Source of the DNA: Candidatus Uhrbacteria bacterium
Lineage (GTDB): Bacteria; Patescibacteriota; Patescibacteriia; UBA9934; UBA11717
Direction of reading: 5' to 3'
Assembly (NCBI GenBank): GCA_003509895.1
Contig: DOMJ01000003.1
Coordinates: forward strand, 351-43,961
Length of the DNA: 43,611 bases
The notes below the pieces were generated by a model. The model saw only the letters and a list, made by a program, of their open reading frames with translations, searched no databases and had not been told where the DNA came from. Made by a program: the position numbers and the translations under genes. This document shows positions 1 through 8,221 of this stretch, in pieces. The stretch's first letter is position 1, and each line of letters opens with the position of its first letter.

Positions 1-123
1 TTCAAACACAGTCGTTTTGAGAAGACTCGCGCTGTGGCTCCATCTTTCAAAACACCAATGTTCACATGCCAAGCCAAGGCGTATGATGAAGGCAAACGAG
101 AGATGAAATCACATAACCCTTGA
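1..123 (+). CDS. 3' end of an unidentified CDS running off the left edge
   Basis: Frame 1 is open from base 1 to TGA at 121-123 (40 codons). Too short to assign a family. Confidence 0.3.
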   Translation, partial: FKHSRFEKTRAVAPSFKTPMFTCQAKAYDEGKREMKSHNP

Positions 124-126
124 TCT

Positions 127-513
127 ATGAAAGGCTTTGTTACAAACATTAAGATTGCAACACGCACGAACGTTGATTATCGTCGTGTTTTGTATACAGG
201 AGAGCATTGCCAGCTCGTGCTCATGTGTTTGCGGCCGGGAGAAGAGATTGGAATGGAGGTGCACACGCTTGATCAATTTATTCGTATTGAGCAGGGGAGT
301 GCCACAGCCATTTTAGACGGCGTGGAGCACGCGCTTGTGGTGGATTTTGCCATAGTCGTGCCCTCTGGCGCTCAGCATAATATAATAAACACAGGTGAAG
401 GTGAGTTGAAGCTCTACACACTGTACGCACCACCGGAACATAGGGATGGAACGGTGGTACACACAAAGGCGGAACAAAAAGAAGAGCATTTTGATGGAAA
501 TACGACAGAATAG
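127..513 (+). CDS. small single-domain cupin protein
   Basis: 128 aa. Cupin motif 1-like 'GEEIGMEVH...IRIEQG' and a clean motif 2 'PSGAQHNIIN' (PxGxxHxxxN). Confidence 0.75.
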   Translation: MKGFVTNIKIATRTNVDYRRVLYTGEHCQLVLMCLRPGEEIGMEVHTLDQFIRIEQGSATAILDGVEHALVVDFAIVVPSGAQHNIINTGEGELKLYTLYAPPEHRDGTVVHTKAEQKEEHFDGNTTE

Positions 514-551
514 CAGAACATCCTCTGCGGGAATGAATTCTGTTTCAGGCG

Positions 552-560
552 TGCTATACT
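552..560 (+). promoter_or_regulatory. extended -10 promoter element TGcTATACT
   Basis: TGCTATACT lies 22 nt upstream of the ATG at 583. The same TGnTATACT word recurs before several other genes in the window. Confidence 0.45.
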
Positions 561-582
561 ACCCCCAATCATTATTTCTCCT

Positions 583-1416
583 ATGTATCAAAAACGCGTG
601 GGTTTTAGCCTCTTGGCCCTTGGATTTGTTGTGTTTTTTATGAGTCCTCTCGTACAGAATACATCCTTTATTCAAACGGCGGATGCGGCAGGCAAGTCGG
701 TTCAACAAAGACAGCAGCGTGTGGCAATCCGATTGGAAAAGAAGGCCGCTCGACGAGCAGCCCGTGAGAGGTCTTTGATCAATAGAACAGTGCCAATCTC
801 CACAACACTCCCTCCCGCATCGGGCACGGAGAATCATTTGGATATCACGCAGCAAGTGGCAACGTCGTTTTTTGAGGTCTTTAACGGCTATGGAACCACT
901 GTAGCTGATGTAAATACACAAAGTGTTCATTTGCGACCCATGGCGTCAACAACGGCAGGAGAAACGCATGCAGGACTTGTTCGCACAGGTGAATGGATGA
1001 CGGGGGACTATCAGATTTCTACAACGATCACAACCAATGAGCAATTGCGAACAGGCTTCGCGCCAAACCCTTGGGAGGTGGCATGGTTACCATTTGGGTA
1101 CAATGAAGACGGTACGTTTAAATACTTGATTTTTAAACCAAACGGGTACGGAGTTGAGCTTGGCGAATCTCTCGGGAATAATGCGCAGAATTTTTTGTGG
1201 ACATCTGCCGTAGGGGCATTAGATTTTCCGATTCAAACCTCTTATGACGTTCGTGTGGAGGTCCGCGGGCAAGTGATCAGCGTCTTTGTGAACGGAGCAA
1301 GCGTATTGACGTACCTCCAGAATGCGCGAGATCACCTAGATACAGACGGATACGTTGGATTTTATTCAGAAGATGCCGATGTCAGCTTTACCAAAATCTC
1401 CATAACGTCCCTGTAG
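583..1416 (+). CDS. secreted protein with a C-terminal concanavalin A-like/LamG (DUF1080-like) jelly-roll domain
   Basis: N-terminal signal or TM segment 'FSLLALGFVVFFMSPLV'. A basic R/A/Q-rich linker follows. The C-terminal half has a beta-rich pattern ending 'GYVGFYSEDADVSFTKISI', typical of LamG/DUF1080-type domains. Family assignment is tentative. Confidence 0.45.
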   Translation: MYQKRVGFSLLALGFVVFFMSPLVQNTSFIQTADAAGKSVQQRQQRVAIRLEKKAARRAARERSLINRTVPISTTLPPASGTENHLDITQQVATSFFEVFNGYGTTVADVNTQSVHLRPMASTTAGETHAGLVRTGEWMTGDYQISTTITTNEQLRTGFAPNPWEVAWLPFGYNEDGTFKYLIFKPNGYGVELGESLGNNAQNFLWTSAVGALDFPIQTSYDVRVEVRGQVISVFVNGASVLTYLQNARDHLDTDGYVGFYSEDADVSFTKISITSL

Positions 1417-1418
1417 GT

Positions 1419-2186
1419 ATGTCCGAATTTTACCGTATCCCGCGAGGAGCCGATTGGAATTATGGGGGAGCAAAGTGGCGATTGAGTAGAAGTAAAATTG
1501 ATTTGTTTCAGGAGTGCCCTCGTTGTTTCTGGTTGGATAATATCAAGGGGTTAAAACGTCCGGCGGGGTACCCGTTTAATCTTAACTCGGCGGTGGATCA
1601 ACTTCTCAAAAAAGAATTTGATGTGCATCGCGCCGCCAATACGCAGCACCCCTTACAAGAACAGTACGGTCTTGCCGTCTGGCCTGCTGCGCATAAAAAT
1701 ATGCGGCAATGGAGAGAAAACTTTGAAGGTGTAGACACCGTGCATAAGCAAACAGGACTTGTGGTATGTGGGGCGATTGATGATCTTTGGGTGGATAACG
1801 CGGGGACGTACTACGTTGTGGATTATAAAGCGACCGCAAAACCGGAACCTGTAACGGAACTCAATGAACCGTGGCAGGACTCCTATAAGCGGCAAATGGA
1901 GATTTATCAGTGGTTGTTACGCCATAACGGACTGACCGTAAGTGATACGGGTTACTTTGTGTATTGCACGGGCCGGCCCGATGCGGCGGCGTTTGATGGA
2001 AAACTTGAATTTGATGTACACGTGATCCCACATACAGGCAAGGCAAACTGGGTGGATGGTGTTTTGGAGGAGATCAAGCTTTGCTTAGACGGCAGTCTTC
2101 CCGGTGAGGGCAAGGATTGTGATTATTGTCTGTATAGGCGTCTGCTACGATCCGAGGAAGATCAGGGGCAAGGACGTTTGTTTTGA
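1419..2186 (+). CDS. stand-alone Cas4/RecB-like PD-(D/E)XK nuclease with a probable 4-Cys cluster
   Basis: Motifs 'GAIDDLW' (D), 'VVDYKAT' (D/ExK) and 'QMEIYQWL' (QxxxY). Cys pairs 'CPRC' at the N-terminus and 'CDYC' at the C-terminus. Confidence 0.7.
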   Translation: MSEFYRIPRGADWNYGGAKWRLSRSKIDLFQECPRCFWLDNIKGLKRPAGYPFNLNSAVDQLLKKEFDVHRAANTQHPLQEQYGLAVWPAAHKNMRQWRENFEGVDTVHKQTGLVVCGAIDDLWVDNAGTYYVVDYKATAKPEPVTELNEPWQDSYKRQMEIYQWLLRHNGLTVSDTGYFVYCTGRPDAAAFDGKLEFDVHVIPHTGKANWVDGVLEEIKLCLDGSLPGEGKDCDYCLYRRLLRSEEDQGQGRLF

Positions 2187-2209
2187 TCACGTACGCATCC
2201 TCTTAAATC

Positions 2210-2240
2210 AAAAACCCTTATCAATTGATAGGGGTTTTTT
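2210..2240. terminator. bidirectional intrinsic terminator between convergent genes
   Basis: aaaaacccttatcaattgataggggtttttt is a near-perfect palindrome flanked by an A-run and a T-run. It sits between the stops at 2186 (+) and 2265 (-). Confidence 0.7.
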
Positions 2241-2264
2241 GCATGATTATGGTCGCTGTTTTGG

Positions 2265-3692
2265 TCAACGATCGGCGCTACGAGTAGCTGATCGTCTTTG
2301 TGGTCGAGAAGCACCAAGACCGGATCCACCGGAACGTCCCTGTGACCGTCCCTGTGACCGTCCACCTTGTGATCCGGATGAACTTCGCTTTGGATAGTTG
2401 CCTGTGTATCCACCGGATCGACCTTGTGGTCGAGACCCTCTACCGGCAGATCCGCCTCGACGATATTGTCCCCCGCCGCTTGATCGGCTCTGTCCGCCGG
2501 ACAAGGGCTTAATAGGATCCATCACCTCTCCGGAGGAAGATTTGATTGGGAGCGTGACATTAATCAACTGTTGAATTTGGTAAATTTCGCGTTTTTGATC
2601 GGGACAAGCAAACGAGATAGCCTTGCCGGATTGTCCTGCGCGACCCGTGCGTCCAATACGGTGAACGTAGTCTTCAAGTTGATCGGGAAGATCAAAGTTT
2701 AAAACAAGTTCAATATCCTTTACATCGATTCCGCGTGAAGCAATATCTGTTGCAACAAGGATGCGATACTTTCCCGTGGTGAATCCCTTGAGCGCACTTT
2801 GTCGCTGACTCTGCGTTCGGTTGGAATGAATTTCATCGGCGGTATGGCCAAGCAATCGGACGGCACGCGCAATCTTTTTTGCCCCGTGTTTTGTACGACT
2901 AAAGATGAGAACGGTTCCCTTATATTCCTTTAGCAGCCGTTCCATGAGCGCCATTTTGTCATCCTTGTGAACAATAAAAACCTCTTGATCAATTTTGTCA
3001 GCGGTGGTCCCCGGTTTTGCGACCTCAATCCGCAGTGGCTTTTTCATGTATTTTTGTGCAATGTCGGCAATCGCTTTTGGCATGGTTGCAGAAAAGAGCA
3101 TCGTTTGGCGATCGGTAGGGACTCCTTGAAGAATACGTTCAAGTTGTGGGGCAAATCCCATATCCAACATACGGTCGGCTTCGTCCAAAACAAGGATGCC
3201 AATGTTGCTGAGGTGAATGTTGCCTTGTTCAATGTGGTCAATGAGGCGACCGGGCGTTGCCACGATCACGTGAGGCTTGGCGCGCAATTGACGAATCTGT
3301 GGTCGCGGATTGGCACCACCTATCACAATGGCTGTGCGCAGACCGGATGTTCCGGCGAGCTTCCGAATGGTTTCCTCAACTTGCACAGCAAGCTCGCGTG
3401 TTGGCAAGAGGATTAAACCCATTGTTTTTGTAGAAGAAACATGTTGTAAAACAGGAATGGAGAAGGCGAGGGTTTTACCGGATCCTGTTTGCGCAATACC
3501 TACAACATCTTCACCGGCCGTTGCAACCGGAATGGCTTTATATTGAATAGGGGTAGGGTGCACAAACTTGAGCGCTTGTAGTCGCTTGAGCAAACCGGGT
3601 GTAATCCCGAGTCCGTTAAAATCTTGTTGTTCTAGTTCTTCTCTTGGCATGAAGGTGCAAGCATAGTCTGTTTGGGCCAATCTGTCAAGCAA
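2265..3692 (-). CDS. DEAD-box ATP-dependent RNA helicase with a C-terminal R/G/S-rich tail
   Basis: Q motif 'FVHPTPIQ', Walker A 'AQTGSGKT', 'VLDEADRMLD', 'SAT' and 'HRIGRTGRAG'. The tail of about 85 aa is 'GGQSRSSGGGQYRRGGSAGRGS...GRSQGRSQGRSGG'. A TTG start at 3692 is preceded by GGAGG. The alternative ATG is at 3650. Confidence 0.93.
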   Translation of the reverse strand: MLDRLAQTDYACTFMPREELEQQDFNGLGITPGLLKRLQALKFVHPTPIQYKAIPVATAGEDVVGIAQTGSGKTLAFSIPVLQHVSSTKTMGLILLPTRELAVQVEETIRKLAGTSGLRTAIVIGGANPRPQIRQLRAKPHVIVATPGRLIDHIEQGNIHLSNIGILVLDEADRMLDMGFAPQLERILQGVPTDRQTMLFSATMPKAIADIAQKYMKKPLRIEVAKPGTTADKIDQEVFIVHKDDKMALMERLLKEYKGTVLIFSRTKHGAKKIARAVRLLGHTADEIHSNRTQSQRQSALKGFTTGKYRILVATDIASRGIDVKDIELVLNFDLPDQLEDYVHRIGRTGRAGQSGKAISFACPDQKREIYQIQQLINVTLPIKSSSGEVMDPIKPLSGGQSRSSGGGQYRRGGSAGRGSRPQGRSGGYTGNYPKRSSSGSQGGRSQGRSQGRSGGSGLGASRPQRRSATRSADR

Positions 3693-3832
3693 TCATCCCT
3701 CCTTTTTCAAATTCTATCGCTTTTACTGCCTGTATGCCAGACAAATCTACGGAAAACGGGGATAGATTTAAAAAGGCACACGGCTCAAAATCTGGTATGA
3801 TAGAAAAAACACAGAGGATGAAGGAGCATATC

Positions 3833-4924
3833 ATGCGCCTTACGCGCTATTACCAAGTGCGAGCATTTTACGAATCGTATGAACGTTGGTTATTGCCGGC
3901 GGCGCTTTTGATTGGAGTGATTGTAGATTTTATTACGTTTAGAACGATTCAAATTGGTACGGCTTTTTTGATTCTGGGTGTGCACGCAATCCTTGCGGGG
4001 TTGAGTATTGCCTATGTCAATATGTATGGCGTCGGTATGATTCCAAAGAACCGCTTTACACGTTACCTACGTTTGCTTTCACCGCTCGCGTTACAGTTTA
4101 GTTTGGGAGCCCTTTTGAGTGCCTCCTTCATTTTTTATTGGTTTAGTGGATCCTTGTCGGCGAGTTGGCCGTTGATGGTTCTGTTAACGTTTCTTATGGT
4201 ATCCAATGAAACGTTGCGCACGTATTATCGCGAACCTGTGGTGCAGGTAAGTGTGTACTATTTTGTGATCCTCTCTTATTGCATCCTTGTGTTACCGTAC
4301 TGGCTTAACTCCCTTTCTGTGTGGGTTTTTTTGTTGAGTGGAGCGGTGAGTTTGGTTGTGATGAGCGTGTATCTCGGAATTTTATGCAAACGGTTAAAGA
4401 GATTTCGCGTGCGAAGAAGAAGAATGCGACTTGTTATTGTTGCTATTTTCTTGTGTATGAATGGATTTTACTTTTTGAATATGATCCCACCCATTCCGCT
4501 CTCGCTTACGGAGGCGGGTATGTATCATTTTATAGAGCCACGAACAGGCGGGTACCTGGTACAGGATGAGAAAACATCTTGGATTGATCAGCTGGTGCCG
4601 GGACAGACGCTTCACATCAGAAAGGGGGATCGGGTGTACGCGTACTCGGCGATCTTTGCTCCCGGTAAAATCAATACGCGTATTGTGCACCATTGGCAAT
4701 ATTTTAATGAAGCAACGGGCAAATGGGAATCTCGTGATCGACTCTCCTTTCCTATTGTTGGCGGAAGACAGAATGGGTATCGCGGGTACTCTCACAAGGG
4801 ATATATGAGCCAAGGAAAATGGCGCGTAGATGTGCAGACCACGCGTGGTCAAACACTTGGTCGTATGACGTTTACTGTTTTATGGGTGGATGTGCTTCCA
4901 GATCTTGTGCCTGTGATAAAATAG
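3833..4924 (+). CDS. multi-pass membrane protein with a C-terminal DUF2914-like domain
   Basis: Start moved to the ATG at 3833 because of the strong SD GAAGGAG 6 nt upstream (the track ORF starts at 3734). About 7 TM helices. The C-terminus 'IVHHWQYFNEATGKWESRDRLSFPIVGGRQNGYRGYSHK...GKWRVDVQT' resembles DUF2914. Confidence 0.6.
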   Translation: MRLTRYYQVRAFYESYERWLLPAALLIGVIVDFITFRTIQIGTAFLILGVHAILAGLSIAYVNMYGVGMIPKNRFTRYLRLLSPLALQFSLGALLSASFIFYWFSGSLSASWPLMVLLTFLMVSNETLRTYYREPVVQVSVYYFVILSYCILVLPYWLNSLSVWVFLLSGAVSLVVMSVYLGILCKRLKRFRVRRRRMRLVIVAIFLCMNGFYFLNMIPPIPLSLTEAGMYHFIEPRTGGYLVQDEKTSWIDQLVPGQTLHIRKGDRVYAYSAIFAPGKINTRIVHHWQYFNEATGKWESRDRLSFPIVGGRQNGYRGYSHKGYMSQGKWRVDVQTTRGQTLGRMTFTVLWVDVLPDLVPVIK

Positions 4925-4951
4925 AAGAACTAGTCATAATCTCCTCCTCGT

Positions 4952-5899
4952 ATGAAACAACCTATTCGATCGTTTGCTATGCTTGCTCTGTTTTTCGTGC
5001 TCGCATCTCCCGCTCTCGCTGGGCCGGATATTGCAGGGCCGGAAATAAGTGCCGTGTCTCCTTTGACCGCGCAATACACCGTGCCACAACAATTTTCTGT
5101 ATCTGCCCTAGACGAGGCGGGTGTAGCATCTTGCACCTTACTGGTTTCCAGTACCTATGAAACGCCCATGACGTACGATTCTGTTACGGGGATGTGGTCG
5201 GTTACCTACACCTTTACAACGTTTCGATCGGCAAACAGTATTCGTGCCGTGTGCGTGGATACGTACGGCAACTCAACCAATGGGCCAAGCAAAATTATTT
5301 CCGTGTCCGACGCGCCCATTGTTGTATCGCCAGGTGACGGAACACCTGTGGGAGGCGATCCGATAACGATTGACGCTACGGAATGGCCGGCGGCGGATGT
5401 GATTGCAGAATCACCCGTACTTATAAAAACAGTCTGCCCGGGGAATGAGGATTTCACGCACCCTTGCCGCACCGTGTACTTTTTGGATCATGCGGGTAAG
5501 CGTCATGCGTTTACCAATGAGAAAGCGTTCTTTACGTGGTATACCAATTACGATCAGTTGCATTTGGTGAGTACCGCAGTCATGGCATCGTATCCGCTCG
5601 GGCCAAATGTGCGCTATCGTCCCGGTGTAAAGATGATTAAGTTTCCGTCCGTGTCAACAGTGTATGCGGTTGGGCGGTATGGATCGCTCTTTCCGATCGG
5701 TTCGGAGTCGGTCGCAGAGGAGCTCTATGGAACCAATTGGAATCAACAGATTGATGACGTATCGGAAGTTTTTGCAACCAATTATACAATTGATAGTTGG
5801 AATATGATTTCCTCTGCCAGTCAATTTGATCGATCAATTATGCTAAGCTCAGTGAACTCTATCAATGATAATTTAGGAGAGCCTATTTTCCTTGAGTAA
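4952..5899 (+). CDS. secreted hypothetical protein
   Basis: Signal peptide 'SFAMLALFFVLASPALAGP'. The mature part is beta-rich. No family recognised. Confidence 0.6.
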   Translation: MKQPIRSFAMLALFFVLASPALAGPDIAGPEISAVSPLTAQYTVPQQFSVSALDEAGVASCTLLVSSTYETPMTYDSVTGMWSVTYTFTTFRSANSIRAVCVDTYGNSTNGPSKIISVSDAPIVVSPGDGTPVGGDPITIDATEWPAADVIAESPVLIKTVCPGNEDFTHPCRTVYFLDHAGKRHAFTNEKAFFTWYTNYDQLHLVSTAVMASYPLGPNVRYRPGVKMIKFPSVSTVYAVGRYGSLFPIGSESVAEELYGTNWNQQIDDVSEVFATNYTIDSWNMISSASQFDRSIMLSSVNSINDNLGEPIFLE

Positions 5900-5939
5900 A
5901 GGTAGCCCTCTTTCTACGCCCAATCTTAGAGATGTAGCA

Positions 5940-5973
5940 AAACGAAACACCCCCATGCGGGGGTGTTTCGTTT
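5940..5973. terminator. bidirectional intrinsic terminator (15-bp perfect stem)
   Basis: aaacgaaacaccccc-atgc-gggggtgtttcgttt lies between the convergent stops at 5899 (+) and 5972 (-). Confidence 0.85.
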
Positions 5974-6403
5974 ACTGTTTAAGAACACTGAATTTTGTTT
6001 TTCCATCCTCAATGCCGATGGTAATGGATCGCGTAACAATACTGTTAGGACCCGTGCCGCCCGGGTTTGCTTTTATATAGCTGCCAATAATCACGTCTTT
6101 ATCGGGATTGGCGATCACGGAGTTTTTGGCACTCACGGTGTCCTGAAATCCTTGTGCCATAAGTTGCGTATGAAACGAATCGCGTACCTCCTGCCAGGTT
6201 TGATCTGTGTAGCCAATCACCGTGTAATGACCGGCAACATCTGTGACGTTTGTAACGACACTGTCGTTTGGTAAATCCATCTCTAGAATCGTCTCAAGCG
6301 TCGGCACCTCGTAGACGGCGGTAGATGCTGGCGCTTGCGAAGAAGTGCATCCGGCACCCAATAAGAGAAACAGGAGGGCAACGGGAAAAACGTGTTTGAT
6401 CAT
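5972..6403 (-). CDS. small lipoprotein, function unknown
   Basis: N-terminus 'MIKHVFPVALLFLLLGAGCTSS' is a signal peptide plus lipobox LLGAGC. Confidence 0.7.
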   Translation of the reverse strand: MIKHVFPVALLFLLLGAGCTSSQAPASTAVYEVPTLETILEMDLPNDSVVTNVTDVAGHYTVIGYTDQTWQEVRDSFHTQLMAQGFQDTVSAKNSVIANPDKDVIIGSYIKANPGGTGPNSIVTRSITIGIEDGKTKFSVLKQ

Positions 6404-6503
6404 ACGTGTAATCGTTGAAGTTTATACAACGATCATACGACAGGTGTAAACATGTTGCAACAAAAGAGAGGTAAATCACATGCACGACAGCAGTGTTTCC
6501 TTT

Positions 6504-7058
6504 CTAGGACGACGTTGAACAGAAAGGCTTTATTGCCGCAACGCTTTTTTTGAGTGATGTATTCCCATAAAAACGACTAACCACCAATCGGCCAAAGGAA
6601 AATTGAATACCGGCCGATGTTGCAAGATTGGTTGGGAGATCCTCTTTTGTATCAAACAGTAAAACAACACCACCAAGACTCACGAGTTGTTCCAAACGAA
6701 GCTTGGATGCATCCGGCGTAGCCACACATACGTGCACGTCTCTTAGAGCGTGCGTTGGGATACGCGTTGGTGTATAACCCCAGCCTGTTCCAAATGTGAC
6801 AAAATCTTTATCGACACGCAATAGGAGGGGTGGGTGAATGAGATAGGGAATCTGACGAGCAATAATACTGATTGGGATGACGCCCAAAAAAACAGCAGCA
6901 AGCAGATAAACAAATACAGGCTGCGCCGTGAGCTGATCCGGAGAAAAGATCTTATGAAGAAAGGCGACCTCTAAACCAAACCAAAGCAAGAGACTCGCAC
7001 AGGCAACAAAAAAGAGCGTCGCGCGGCGGGAGAGATGGATTTCAAACGCCTCTGGCAT
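6504..7058 (-). CDS. membrane protein, function unknown (2 TM plus a soluble C-terminal domain)
   Basis: Two hydrophobic helices ('LFFVACASLLLWFGL', 'VFVYLLAAVFLGVIPISII') are followed by about 100 aa of soluble sequence. No motif recognised. Confidence 0.5.
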   Translation of the reverse strand: MPEAFEIHLSRRATLFFVACASLLLWFGLEVAFLHKIFSPDQLTAQPVFVYLLAAVFLGVIPISIIARQIPYLIHPPLLLRVDKDFVTFGTGWGYTPTRIPTHALRDVHVCVATPDASKLRLEQLVSLGGVVLLFDTKEDLPTNLATSAGIQFSFGRLVVSRFYGNTSLKKSVAAIKPFCSTSS

Positions 7059-7121
7059 GTGGAACTATTTAGATGTTTCTTGTTGTATGTTACCACAAAC
7101 GTCCTGCTTGAGAGATGATCT

Positions 7122-8129
7122 TTATGTACAGAGCTCTGTACTTTTGGAAAATTTACGCGCATAGATACGTTCAATCGCCTGGCTCACAAAGACAAAAATA
7201 AGAAGCATGATGGCATAGAGAGCCAATACCTTCCAATAATTTTCTGTTTGAACCGGAGTGAGCGTACAGAGCAGTAAGGCCAACCAAGAGCCAACCCATA
7301 AGGACCCAATGCTAAACGCCCATCTCCTAAGAGGATGAAGCTGGTGTGTTTTTTGAATATTTTTTGTGCGATAGGAAACATTGATGAGCTTAGGTGCAAT
7401 ATGAAAGTTCAAGAAGAGGCTGGTTGCAAGCAGGACGCTCAAAATAGTTGTTTTGAGGAGAAGGATTGAATCCGGGGGCTGTGCTACGGGATTTGCTACA
7501 AAGAGGGTCGCGTCACTTATCAGTAAGATAACGAGAGCGGCCCAAATGAGTTCAAAGAGCACGCGCAGCGCCTGTGATTCTGCTGGCGAGATGGAAAAGT
7601 CGCGCAAAAATCGAAAAAATAACAACAAAGAAATGGCGACACCGGCAATCCCAATGCCAAGAGACACGGCACTGATTGTGGAAATGAGAGGAGCCAGTGG
7701 CTGTAGGTAAAAGGTGGCAACAGAAAGATCAGAGACAAGTCCAATACTAAAACAAATAGTCGTAATGAGTGCCGATGTCAAGCACCATGTACAGAGCTTG
7801 CGGATGGTGATTACCTGAATAAACGTCAGGTACAGAGAAAAGAGAAACCCAATCGTGGTGAGAAGAAGGAGGAGGGGTGCGAGGCGTTCTGCTGTTGAGG
7901 GAAGAATAATGACGGTGCTGTAACCCACGGCGAGGATACCATAATAGAGCAGACCAAGGAGTTCTACCGGAATGCCAAGAAACAGGGAAAAGGAGCTGCC
8001 CGTAACGGCATGACAATTACCGCGTAAAGGACAAATAAGTGGTTGTTTTTTTGTTTTTGTGTAACGAATGTAAAACGAAATACAAAAACCGCATGCCGCA
8101 AGGATGATAATAAACAGGTACAGGGTCAT
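7122..8129 (-). CDS. vitamin K epoxide reductase (VKOR) domain fused to an additional C-terminal polytopic membrane domain
   Basis: Loop Cys pair 'CPLRGNC', conserved 'SSFSLFLGIPVELLGLLYYG' and active-site 'CTWC'. About 190 further residues with roughly 5 predicted TM helices follow. Start moved to the ATG at 8129, because the track's TTG start at 8216 lies inside the upstream gene's terminator hairpin. Confidence 0.75.
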   Translation of the reverse strand: MTLYLFIIILAACGFCISFYIRYTKTKKQPLICPLRGNCHAVTGSSFSLFLGIPVELLGLLYYGILAVGYSTVIILPSTAERLAPLLLLLTTIGFLFSLYLTFIQVITIRKLCTWCLTSALITTICFSIGLVSDLSVATFYLQPLAPLISTISAVSLGIGIAGVAISLLLFFRFLRDFSISPAESQALRVLFELIWAALVILLISDATLFVANPVAQPPDSILLLKTTILSVLLATSLFLNFHIAPKLINVSYRTKNIQKTHQLHPLRRWAFSIGSLWVGSWLALLLCTLTPVQTENYWKVLALYAIMLLIFVFVSQAIERIYARKFSKSTELCT

Positions 8130-8152
8130 AGAGGTGTAGAAGAATTGGCTCA

Positions 8153-8161
8153 AGTATAGCA
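8153..8161 (-). promoter_or_regulatory. extended -10 promoter element TGcTATACT (minus strand)
   Basis: The reverse complement reads TGCTATACT, about 24 nt upstream of the ATG at 8129. Confidence 0.45.
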
Positions 8162-8180
8162 TGCGGGAGTAGGTGTTTGT

Positions 8181-8213
8181 AGAGATAAACAAAAGACCAG
8201 CACACGCTGGTCT
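8181..8213 (-). terminator. intrinsic terminator of the lipoprotein gene 8222..8845
   Basis: The minus strand reads agaccagc-gtgt-gctggtct followed by TTTTGTTTAT. Confidence 0.75.
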
Positions 8214-8221
8214 CAAGGAAA

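Noticed and set aside
2335-2358. Tandem 12-nt repeats as a possible CRISPR-like or regulatory repeat array.
   Set aside because: There are only two copies plus a partial one, with no spacers. They lie in frame inside the helicase gene, where they encode GRSQ repeats. This is coding low-complexity sequence.
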